Shown here one piece after another: positions 7,279 through 14,820 of a stretch of DNA of 64,000 nt. The notes under the pieces were generated by a model, which ran no database searches, was not told the origin of the DNA, and saw only the letters and a list, made by a program, of their open reading frames with translations. Origin of the DNA: Candidatus Nanohaloarchaea archaeon (lineage in GTDB: Archaea; Nanohalarchaeota; Nanosalinia; Nanosalinales; Nanosalinaceae); NCBI GenBank assembly GCA_042217505.1, contig JBDGSN010000007.1:2700-66699 (forward strand), given 5' to 3'. The translations under genes were made by a program, and so were the position numbers. Position 1 is the first letter of the stretch. The number at the start of each line of letters is the position of its first letter.

Positions 7279-7686
7279 TTAAAGCGGGTTCCTTGCCCCG
7301 CATGCCTGGCACTTCAGGATCTCGACACCTTTCTCCTTGATTATCTTTGTGTCAGGCCTGTTGCACTCTGGACAGTAGACATAGTCCTCGGCGTACTGCT
7401 CTATCTTCCTCTGAACATTCCCTCGCCTAAATTCCCCGTTAAGGACAAGTTCTTTACCTTCGATGTGTCCCGCTGTTCCAAGCTCGTTCTGGATGTACTT
7501 CGAGAAATGCTTCTCATCTCTTCCAAACTTGTCAGCTATGCTTCCGAAGTTCGTGATTATAGTTTTCGAACCTTCCTTCCTTGTATCTACATCCGGTACC
7601 TCAAAACGCTCCGAGGAATCCTCTATATCCGGTTTCTCCTCCTGCGCTTTATCCAGTAGATCATCGTAATCGCTCATTTTTAACAC
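7279..7686 (-). CDS. eif2b: translation initiation factor aIF2 beta subunit
   Basis: The C-terminal zinc ribbon YVYCPECNRPDTKIIKEKGVEILKCQACGA and the preceding eIF2-beta/eIF5 core are characteristic. Confidence 0.9.
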   Translation of the reverse strand: MLKMSDYDDLLDKAQEEKPDIEDSSERFEVPDVDTRKEGSKTIITNFGSIADKFGRDEKHFSKYIQNELGTAGHIEGKELVLNGEFRRGNVQRKIEQYAEDYVYCPECNRPDTKIIKEKGVEILKCQACGARNPL

Positions 7687-7732
7687 CTTACAAACAGAGA
7701 AACGTGCTGAAGATTCTTAACTTGGAGGGTAT

Positions 7733-8014
7733 CTACTTCCACTTGCCAGTATCCTCAAGGAACTCGGCGAAGTCTTTCCAGTCAGGTCTCTCAAAAGCCC
7801 CTTTCATCGAGCTCACCGGTAGAATACGGTTCTTCCCGCTCAACTTGATGGTACCTCTATCATAGTTCAGTTTGACCTTCACCCTGTCAGAAAGTATGTA
7901 GGTCTGCTCCACCGCACTTTTATGGTCATGCTCTGAAAGAATAACATCAACATTGTGCGGATACATCGACCCGTTAACCCGGTACTCTGGCTCGCCTGGA
8001 ATTCTTTCAAGCAC
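7733..8014 (-). CDS. hypothetical protein (93 aa)
   Basis: Clean ORF between aIF2-beta and the RPA32-like gene. No family recognised. Confidence 0.45.
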   Translation of the reverse strand: MLERIPGEPEYRVNGSMYPHNVDVILSEHDHKSAVEQTYILSDRVKVKLNYDRGTIKLSGKNRILPVSSMKGAFERPDWKDFAEFLEDTGKWK

Positions 8015-8070
8015 TTCAACCGCTTTACTCGGGCCTTGAATGTCTTTGTAGCAGTGTAAGACATCTTATA

Positions 8071-8820
8071 TCACAGCTTCTTGATCTTGCCGGGCTGCGG
8101 CTCGTAGAACGTTCCCTCGCTTAGAAGCGAGTTGATGGTGTCCTCAAGCTGGTCCTCAGGTGCATCTACTTCATCTGCGATATCCGCATAGTCAGCTCCG
8201 TCGCCTTCATCCAGCTTCTCGACAGCATCGATGACATCTCTCTCCAGGTTCTCTCTTTCCTCTGTCTGGATGTCGAACTGCTCGCCGAACGACTGGAGAA
8301 GTGAATCAACTTCATCCTCGTCAAGCTTTCCAGCCATCTCCTTCTCGATCTCTTCCTGGTCTTTGCCAGAATCTTCAAGCTGCTTAACTGTCTCCCTTAT
8401 CTGGTTCCACTCCTCGATAGCCTTCTTGTGCTTCAGCTCGTGAAGAAGCTCTTTCTCGACATCTCTCTTGACCATGATCTCAGCGTTCATGTAGATCTGG
8501 CCCTGGTACTCTCTTACCTTTCCGACCGCCTCAACGATATCTCCTGTCTCGAAATCCTCCATCATCTCCAGCTCGTTGAAGAACTTTAGCTGTACAGTGT
8601 CTGTTCCATCATCCAGAGTTATCGATCCATATGTTTCGTCCTCGTTGATGAACGTATCAACAACGGTTCCGATTATCCTTGCCCTTGAGAACCTTCGTCC
8701 TCTCGGGGTGAGAAGGTAGTTGGGTGTGAAACCTTCTTTCTGAAAGTATTTTCCTGAATGAAGTTCTTCAGCTGTTGTCAGCTTTGCTGTCTGTCTTTTC
8801 TGTTGAGGCATAGTATTCAC
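8071..8820 (-). CDS. RPA32/Stn1-like OB-fold protein with acidic linker and C-terminal winged helix
   Basis: OB core ARIIGTVVDTFINEDETYGSITLDDGTDTVQLKFF...GDIVEAVGKVREYQGQIYMNAEIM followed by ELLHELKH. C-terminal wH-like LEDTINSLLSEGTFYEPQPGKIKKL. Sits immediately upstream of MCM. Confidence 0.65.
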   Translation of the reverse strand: MNTMPQQKRQTAKLTTAEELHSGKYFQKEGFTPNYLLTPRGRRFSRARIIGTVVDTFINEDETYGSITLDDGTDTVQLKFFNELEMMEDFETGDIVEAVGKVREYQGQIYMNAEIMVKRDVEKELLHELKHKKAIEEWNQIRETVKQLEDSGKDQEEIEKEMAGKLDEDEVDSLLQSFGEQFDIQTEERENLERDVIDAVEKLDEGDGADYADIADEVDAPEDQLEDTINSLLSEGTFYEPQPGKIKKL

Positions 8821-8867
8821 GTTAAGGTTGATTCTTTTGTATTTTTAGTAGGCCGAACTTTTTTCTT

Positions 8868-10862
8868 CTAGATCCTCTGGATGAAGCCCTGCTTCGGCTC
8901 GAACAGTTCACCATCTCTCTTCAGTCTCTCGATGACCTCCTCAGCTCTGTCCTCGGAGATACCCTGGGAATCTGCTTCCTCCAGGACCTTCTCTATCTCA
9001 GCCGAGTCATCATCGCCTGCCAGGGATTTGATTATCTGCTTGACCGTCTGGACGCGGTTCCTCTCACTTGAAGTCACTCCTGACTCTATCCTGTCGATAT
9101 CGAAATCTCCTGTCTCCGGATCTACTCCGACCTGCTTGAGGCAGTAGGTCAGTATCTCGATCGCTCTCTGTGCATCGCTAACTTCAACTTTCTCCTTCAG
9201 TTCCGAACGGGCTGAAGCCTCTGCGACTCGGATAAGTGCCTCAAGCTGTCGAGCAGTTATAGGAACACCGTCTCCCTCCTCGCCACTGCCTTTCTTACGC
9301 ATGTTGACGTAGAACTCCTGTATCTCATCGGCAGCGCCCTGGGTTAGCTGGGGCCGGTAATGCTTCTTGGCATGTGCCACGTACTTCCTCAGGGTTTCCT
9401 GCTCTATCTCTGCTTCAGTCTCCTCAGGCTCTATATGGTTCATCAAGACCTGGGAGGAAAGCTTCTCGTCCTTGTCCTCATCCGGCTCGTCCTTCACCGG
9501 GAAGATGAAGTCGAACCTGGAGAGGAGTGTATCCCCGATGTTGATCTGCTGCGGGATCGGCTCGTAAGGATCGAATCTTCCGAGCTTCGGGTTACCAGCA
9601 GCAAGGATAGAGGTCTGCGCATTAAGAGTTGCCTGGATGTTCGCCTTCGAGACAGATATCTGCTGCTGCTCCATGGCCTCGTGAAGACTGGAACGGTCTT
9701 CTGCGTCCATCTTGTCTATCTCGTCGATAGCTGCCAGACCCTTGTTCGCAAGTACAACAGCTCCAGCCTCCAGTGAGAACTCTCCCGTCTGCTCGTCTCT
9801 TACAACTGCAGCTGTCAGACCGGCTCCTGTAGAGGATTTACCTACGACGTAACGTCCTTTAGGTGAGAGCTGACCGGTGAACTTAAGCATCTGTGATTTA
9901 CCGGTTCCTGGCTCTCCGATAAGCAGTATGTGCAGGTCTCCCCTGCTTTTAACACCGTCTTCACGGCCTTTCTTCACTCCACCGAAAAGCTGGAGTGCGA
10001 TAGCCTTCTTTATCTGGTGATGCCCGTAGATCGATGGTGCGATCGAACGGGCGATCTTGTCAAATATCCCATCGTCCTTCGCCATCTCCTCAAGCTCCTC
10101 GACCTCTTCATCATCCAGCTGGAGCTCCTCGAACTCCTGCTGTGTTGGCTCGAGGTAGTTGGCATCCATGTAGATATCATATTTCTTCGAGTTCTTCTTC
10201 AGCGGTCTCTCCCGTACTATACCGGTTATCTCAGCTATATTACCCGGGACGACCTTCTTCTGGAAATCTGGGTCAACCAGGTCGCCTTCAAGTCTTACCT
10301 GTAGCGTGGAAGGCTGCTCTGAACCTGAACGGTTCTCCGGGTTCTCTTCTACGATTATGTTCTGCGTGTCGGTCATCTTCTTCTCGACGACCTCGAACTT
10401 TCTTGACCCGCAGTCGCATTTGTAAGGGCTCTTTAACTGTGAGGAATCCTGCTCTTTCTCGTATCTATCACCGCACTGCGAGCACTCGAAAACCGCTGAA
10501 ACGACCTCTGGTTTAACCTGTGAAGCTCTCTTTATCATACCTTCAACAGGTATGTACCGGCTGATATGCTTTGATCTTAGGTTCTTCAGCAGAACAAAAT
10601 CCTCTTCCGGCATATGTGTGAAACGTATCTTGAATGTCTCATCTGAAACGATATCGACTCCTAGAACACCTTCTTCAGCAGCGTTTATAGCGCTCTCTGG
10701 ATCCTCTCTAAGGTACTCTGTGAGCTCAGGATTGAATATATCCAGTTCCTGGAAGTCAACTACAATAGATTCCTCTCCCTCCTGTACGGCGTTAGCGACC
10801 TTCTTGTAGCTCTTCTGAGAGAAAAACTCCTCGAACTCGCTGACAGCCTCCCCGAACTCCAT
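8868..10862 (-). CDS. mcm: MCM replicative helicase (no intein)
   Basis: Zn finger CSQCGD...CDCGS, Walker A LLIGEPGTGKSQ, Walker B AAIDEIDKM, arginine finger SRFDFIF, C-terminal wH. Confidence 0.97.
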   Translation of the reverse strand: MEFGEAVSEFEEFFSQKSYKKVANAVQEGEESIVVDFQELDIFNPELTEYLREDPESAINAAEEGVLGVDIVSDETFKIRFTHMPEEDFVLLKNLRSKHISRYIPVEGMIKRASQVKPEVVSAVFECSQCGDRYEKEQDSSQLKSPYKCDCGSRKFEVVEKKMTDTQNIIVEENPENRSGSEQPSTLQVRLEGDLVDPDFQKKVVPGNIAEITGIVRERPLKKNSKKYDIYMDANYLEPTQQEFEELQLDDEEVEELEEMAKDDGIFDKIARSIAPSIYGHHQIKKAIALQLFGGVKKGREDGVKSRGDLHILLIGEPGTGKSQMLKFTGQLSPKGRYVVGKSSTGAGLTAAVVRDEQTGEFSLEAGAVVLANKGLAAIDEIDKMDAEDRSSLHEAMEQQQISVSKANIQATLNAQTSILAAGNPKLGRFDPYEPIPQQINIGDTLLSRFDFIFPVKDEPDEDKDEKLSSQVLMNHIEPEETEAEIEQETLRKYVAHAKKHYRPQLTQGAADEIQEFYVNMRKKGSGEEGDGVPITARQLEALIRVAEASARSELKEKVEVSDAQRAIEILTYCLKQVGVDPETGDFDIDRIESGVTSSERNRVQTVKQIIKSLAGDDDSAEIEKVLEEADSQGISEDRAEEVIERLKRDGELFEPKQGFIQRI

Positions 10863-10914
10863 GTAATTTAATTGGGTGGTAAAAGTGAAAAACCCTTACC
10901 GGTGTTGAGTATAT

Positions 10915-11214
10915 ATGTCCGATACTCTCGATGAAGATGAAATAGATGAAAGGCTTGAAGAACTGCAGATCTGGGGCCTGGAGTTCGGTAATCTTGTTAC
11001 AAGAGTGGAGTTCGACGGTTACAGGGACGCAGTATTCTTCGCCAACATGGTGTTCTCACTTGCAGAGGAGGAGTTCCACCACCCCACTGTAAGGGTCGAA
11101 TACGGCGCAGTAGAGATCGATCTGTACAGTCACGAGGAAGACGGTATAACTGAGAAAGATCTCGAGATGGCCAGGAAGATCGAGGATAAAGTCGGAGACG
11201 TGGAGTGGAGCTGA
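10915..11214 (+). CDS. pterin-4-alpha-carbinolamine dehydratase (PCD/DCoH)
   Basis: AEEEFHHPTVRVEYGAVEIDLYSHE matches the PCD signature. Confidence 0.85.
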   Translation: MSDTLDEDEIDERLEELQIWGLEFGNLVTRVEFDGYRDAVFFANMVFSLAEEEFHHPTVRVEYGAVEIDLYSHEEDGITEKDLEMARKIEDKVGDVEWS

Positions 11215-11215
11215 T

Positions 11216-11671
11216 ATGGAGATACCAGAGGACGCCAGAAGAGATTTTGTGGCAGGATGCCTTATACTGAAAGATAAACGGATTTTACTTATAGACCACG
11301 ATAAATACGGCATCTGGCTCCCACCGGGAGGTCACGTCGAGGAAGGCGAGACACCGGATACGACAGCGGTCAGAGAGACAAGAGAGGAAACCGGATTTGT
11401 AGTGGATATAATGGATGAGGAGAACGATATATCAGAGGAAGGTTATTATGGGCTTCCAAGACCTTTCAACGCCAATCTTCACAGGATAGAGGATGGTCAC
11501 TGGCACTGCGATTTCCTGTACCGGGGAAGGATAGTCGAGGAAAAAGAGCCCACGCATCCTCATGAGCACAACGGCATGAAATGGTTCGCCTATAAAGAGC
11601 TTCAGGATGAGGGGTATGATATACCTGAATACGTCAGAAAAGCAGCTTCATCAGCGCTAAGATCTGAGTAA
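11216..11671 (+). CDS. NUDIX hydrolase
   Basis: Nudix box GGHVEEGETPDTTAVRETREETG. The start abuts the preceding stop. Confidence 0.85.
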   Translation: MEIPEDARRDFVAGCLILKDKRILLIDHDKYGIWLPPGGHVEEGETPDTTAVRETREETGFVVDIMDEENDISEEGYYGLPRPFNANLHRIEDGHWHCDFLYRGRIVEEKEPTHPHEHNGMKWFAYKELQDEGYDIPEYVRKAASSALRSE

Positions 11672-11714
11672 GACAAGACTTGTTGAATAAGATAAAAGAA
11701 AAGTTGAAAGGGGA

Positions 11715-12281
11715 TTAAAGAGCCCCTATCTCTTTAAGGTTCTCTTTAAGCTTCTCGATCCCCTGTCTGACATCTTCGTAGGTCCTTCCTCCTGTGCAGA
11801 CTATTCTGCCTGAGGAGAAAAGCAGGAACACTACGTTAGGCTCGTCTATCCTGTAGACAAGTCCTGGGAACTGTTCTGGCTCGTACTCTGTACCAACTAG
11901 TTCGAACGCTATCCTGTTCAGGTTGAGTGTGTGTCCCAGCTCGGATGAGGCCACCATGTTCTGGACCTCGATATCCGGCTTTGTTCCGATCTCGACATCT
12001 GCTTCTCTCAACTCGTCGATAATCTTGTGGACTGCCTCCTTTGCCTGTTCAGGGCTCTGCGTTCCTGTGCATACGACCTTTCCGGATCCGAACAGCAGCG
12101 CTGCTGCCTTTGGTTCTTTAAGTCGGTAAACGAGTCCTGGGAACTGTTCTGGTTCATATTCAGTGTTCTCAAGGTAGATCGCTATCCTGTCGAGCGGCAT
12201 GCGTCGGTCGAGTGTTGTAGAAGCTACAACGTTCTCGATTTTGATGTTTTCGTCTTCTCCAAATCCTTCTTCTTCAGTCAT
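11715..12281 (-). CDS. tbp: TATA-box binding protein
   Basis: Two direct repeats, each containing EYEPEQFPGLVYR...LLF.SGK.VCTG. Confidence 0.95.
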   Translation of the reverse strand: MTEEEGFGEDENIKIENVVASTTLDRRMPLDRIAIYLENTEYEPEQFPGLVYRLKEPKAAALLFGSGKVVCTGTQSPEQAKEAVHKIIDELREADVEIGTKPDIEVQNMVASSELGHTLNLNRIAFELVGTEYEPEQFPGLVYRIDEPNVVFLLFSSGRIVCTGGRTYEDVRQGIEKLKENLKEIGAL

Positions 12282-12368
12282 TAGTAAATCACCTATTGGA
12301 CCGCCCCTGAAATCGGGGTTTTAAAGGGCTTAAATAGTCCTTTATAAATAAACTCTTTTAAAAGGTGG

Positions 12369-12378
12369 GTTTATAAAC
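12369..12378. promoter_or_regulatory. palindromic TATA element GTTTATAAAC
   Basis: Exact 10-mer in the divergent spacer between tbp and the 12419 ORF. Confidence 0.5.
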
Positions 12379-12418
12379 GGGCCCAACTACTATAAAAGAA
12401 ACAGGCTATTCTTTGAGT

Positions 12419-12625
12419 ATGAACTCCGAGCAGCGCCAGCTTGTACTTCTTATATCATTTATGGCTTTACTGGTCGTGATAACGCTTTTTCTATTCGTTT
12501 ACGCTCCTGAACCGATGAAGCCGATCGATATAGGCTTCCACACGCCAAAAGTCCTTGGAGGAGTTATTAAACCGATAACGGCTCTTGTAAAACTGATAAT
12601 CGATGGATTCAATCTTTTCGTCTAG
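12419..12625 (+). CDS. small single-pass membrane protein (68 aa)
   Basis: MNSEQRQLVLLISFMALLVVITLFLFVYAP... has one clear TM helix. The ATG is about 40 nt after GTTTATAAAC. The 3' end overlaps the Pop5 3' end. Confidence 0.35.
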   Translation: MNSEQRQLVLLISFMALLVVITLFLFVYAPEPMKPIDIGFHTPKVLGGVIKPITALVKLIIDGFNLFV

Positions 12626-12950
12626 ATCCCAGCGACTTCATGCTACCTGAGACACCGGTTATCTCGATGAAGCCATCTGTGCCGGAAAGATGCTTCTGCG
12701 TGACCAGTGCGGCTCTCACGTCCTCGACATAATCTCTTCTCACACGGATGACTCCTTCCTGACTTTCTTCATCGAACTTGTTGCCGATGACCCAGAAGTT
12801 CGATTCTCCTGCGCCCTTCGTGCCCATGTACCTGAGAACCGAGCTCCAGACTGCTTCAACGATATCTCCTATCTCAAGATCATCTTCCGAGTGGATCCTG
12901 AAACCCAGGTACCGCTGCTTCTCACGCTGTGACGGCGGTAGGCGCTTCAT
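12609..12950 (-). CDS. rnp2: RNase P protein component Pop5 (Rnp2)
   Basis: The N-terminus LPPSQREKQRYLGFRIHSE is the Pop5 hallmark. 4-nt overlap with the upstream Rpp30 gene. Confidence 0.85.
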   Translation of the reverse strand: MKRLPPSQREKQRYLGFRIHSEDDLEIGDIVEAVWSSVLRYMGTKGAGESNFWVIGNKFDEESQEGVIRVRRDYVEDVRAALVTQKHLSGTDGFIEITGVSGSMKSLGSRRKD

Positions 12951-13558
12951 TCTTCCACCTCTCCTGGCCTCACAAAGCCTTCTGAGCTCACTCTTTCAGC
13001 TCTTTCAAGTACCTGTTCCGGATAGTCTGAGACCGCCTTCATGCCTTCCCCTCCCAGAGATTCAATGAGGGAGGCCAGGTCTCTTGGAGCTCTAAGGTCG
13101 TATACCTTTTCTGCTCCGGATGTTATGATGTATGGTGTGTCGTACTTCTCACAGAGCTCGATGTTTCTCATCCAGTGCTTCAGAATGTGGCTCTGATGCT
13201 TGTCCGGGCTGAAAAGCTGTTTTAGATCGAAACCTATCGCAACCCTGTTTTCCGCAGCTATCTCTGCTATAACATGGTTTATGCCGGAGTCCTTCCTCCC
13301 TTTTTCAGGGCGAAGTATGATATCGATCCTTGAATCGGATGCAGCCTTTCTATTAAGTTCCTCGTCGCCGCCTCTGAAGACGAGTACGTCTGCGTTCTTC
13401 CTCTCGGACTTGATCTTCCGTTTCAGTTCGCCCCAGTCGTCGGCTTCAAGAAAAACTGTGTCGAAATCTCTGTTTGTCGCTTTCCACCCGATATCACGGG
13501 CTTTATCGCCTATCTCTTCAGAAGTCTCTTCCAAACAAAGATCGTAGAAATCTGGCAT
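12947..13558 (-). CDS. rnp3: RNase P protein component Rpp30 (Rnp3)
   Basis: PHP-like TIM pattern DVLVFRGGDEELNRKAASDSRIDIILRPE...GINHVIAEIAAENRVAIGFDL...YDTPYIITSGA. The internal ATG at 13558 (MPDFYDL) was chosen because the track N-terminus runs into the L15e 3' end. Confidence 0.8.
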   Translation of the reverse strand: MPDFYDLCLEETSEEIGDKARDIGWKATNRDFDTVFLEADDWGELKRKIKSERKNADVLVFRGGDEELNRKAASDSRIDIILRPEKGRKDSGINHVIAEIAAENRVAIGFDLKQLFSPDKHQSHILKHWMRNIELCEKYDTPYIITSGAEKVYDLRAPRDLASLIESLGGEGMKAVSDYPEQVLERAERVSSEGFVRPGEVEE

Positions 13559-13592
13559 AGAATAAAGATTAGAGGGAAATAAGAAAAATGTT

Positions 13593-14168
13593 TTACTTCC
13601 CACGGTTGTTGTTCGCAGCCTGGGAAGGTCTGACCTTCTCTGCACCTGTTCCCCTGTTCTGTAGTCCACGGGACTCTCTTCCTGCAGGTGTCAGTCCTTT
13701 CTCGGCCCTGTTCTCCTGGTCGCAGATCCAGTTGATATCGTCATCTTTCTGGATCGATGGCTCTTCAGGGTCAACCAGAAGGACTTCGAACCATTTGTAT
13801 GTTCCGTCTTCAGCCACCCAGTAGCTGTCAAGAACTTCCATGTTCCCGAACTTCTTGTTGACTCTTTCTTCTGCGATAAGTCTCTTCGACTTCTTTGGAG
13901 AGTAGCGGTTCTGACCCATCCTTTTCGGTCTTCTACCGCCTGAAGGGCGCTGTCTCTTGGTGCCTCCCTTTTTGACCCTTATCCTTACAACATTGAAACC
14001 TTTCTTTGCCTTGTAACCTTTCTGACGTGCCTTCGGAAGCCTTGTCGGATTGTCTTCCTTGACTACGGCGTCTTCCTGTCTCCATTTGACAAGTCTCTGC
14101 TGCCATAGCTCGTCTAGATTGTCCTTAGGCTGCTCGTACTGATCCCGAGCGTATTCGTAATATCCCAT
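13593..14168 (-). CDS. rpl15e: 50S ribosomal protein L15e
   Basis: MGYYEYARDQYEQPKDNLDELWQQRLVKWRQE...KGYKAKKGFNVVRIRVKKGGTKRQRP... Only the C-terminal 191 aa of the 329-aa track ORF are L15e. Confidence 0.9.
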   Translation of the reverse strand: MGYYEYARDQYEQPKDNLDELWQQRLVKWRQEDAVVKEDNPTRLPKARQKGYKAKKGFNVVRIRVKKGGTKRQRPSGGRRPKRMGQNRYSPKKSKRLIAEERVNKKFGNMEVLDSYWVAEDGTYKWFEVLLVDPEEPSIQKDDDINWICDQENRAEKGLTPAGRESRGLQNRGTGAEKVRPSQAANNNRGK

Positions 14169-14298
14169 CTTTTTGACTACCTCGTGTGTTTTGTTCAATC
14201 GGAAAACTATTATAAACCCTACCGAATCTACCATTGAATTCCCGCTGACGTGGCGAAACACATAAAACAACGATGTGTTATTACATCGATGTGATACC

Positions 14299-14679
14299 AT
14301 GCATCCAGCAATTAAAGTTTTGATTGGAGCACTGATGGTGGTAATCGGTGTATACTCAACAGTAACCTTCTGGCAGGAGCTATACCTGTTCATCAAGGCA
14401 GGCATCGGACCACTGCTGATCCTCGTCGGAGCATTCATCGTATGGCTTGAAAGTGATGAGTGGAAGATGAGAAGAGAGCAGGGCGCCGACAGAGGTCTCC
14501 AGCAGCAGTTCGAATCCGCTGCACAGGAGACAAGGACTTCCGCACAGGACGTCAAGGAAGAGGTCACAACGCAGGATAACATGCAGGAAGGAACAGAGGG
14601 CTACACATGCCCAGAATGCGGTAAGACCTTCGACACCGAGCGCGGAATGCACATCCACCAGGCACAGAAGCACGAGTAG
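14299..14679 (+). CDS. two-TM membrane protein with C-terminal classical C2H2 zinc finger
   Basis: TM helices AIKVLIGALMVVIGVYSTV and AGIGPLLILVGAFIVWL. The C-terminal YTCPECGKTFDTERGMHIHQAQKH fits C-X2-C-X12-H-X4-H. Confidence 0.6.
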   Translation: MHPAIKVLIGALMVVIGVYSTVTFWQELYLFIKAGIGPLLILVGAFIVWLESDEWKMRREQGADRGLQQQFESAAQETRTSAQDVKEEVTTQDNMQEGTEGYTCPECGKTFDTERGMHIHQAQKHE

Positions 14680-14692
14680 AAACCCTTCGCCA

Positions 14693-14720
14693 TTTTTTCC
14701 CCACTTTTTATTTCTCTTTA
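14693..14720 (+). terminator. oligo-T tracts downstream of the C2H2 gene
   Basis: T6 at 14693-14698 and T5 at 14705-14709, followed by T-rich sequence. A T5 on the opposite strand (14790-14795) could serve the ligase gene. Confidence 0.4.
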
Positions 14721-14820
14721 TTATCTCTGAGGTTAAGGCCGGTCCAACATCTGTATTATAAATGTATTACAATTTGTACTTATATAGCGAAAAAGCCGGT
14801 TTACGTATTACAAATCTGTA

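Noticed and set aside
10034-10516. 160-aa Arg/Pro/Ser-rich ORF on the plus strand
   Set aside because: It lies entirely antisense to the strongly supported MCM gene. Its composition is typical of a shadow frame.
13593-14582. 329-aa ORF in the track, which would give L15e a 138-residue N-terminal extension
   Set aside because: L15e begins with its typical MGYYEY at 14168. The extension is Cys/Ser-rich and not protein-like. It is antisense to the better-supported plus-strand gene at 14299-14679.
14680-14820. 141-bp AT-rich spacer with repeated GTATTACAA (14764, 14805) and ATCTGTAT (14749, 14814), considered as a replication origin DUE or a small RNA
   Set aside because: It lies between the 3' ends of two convergent genes and contains oligo-T tracts on both strands, so terminators explain it. 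It has no ORB-like boxes, no inverted architecture and no promoter. The short repeats are AT-rich and could be chance.
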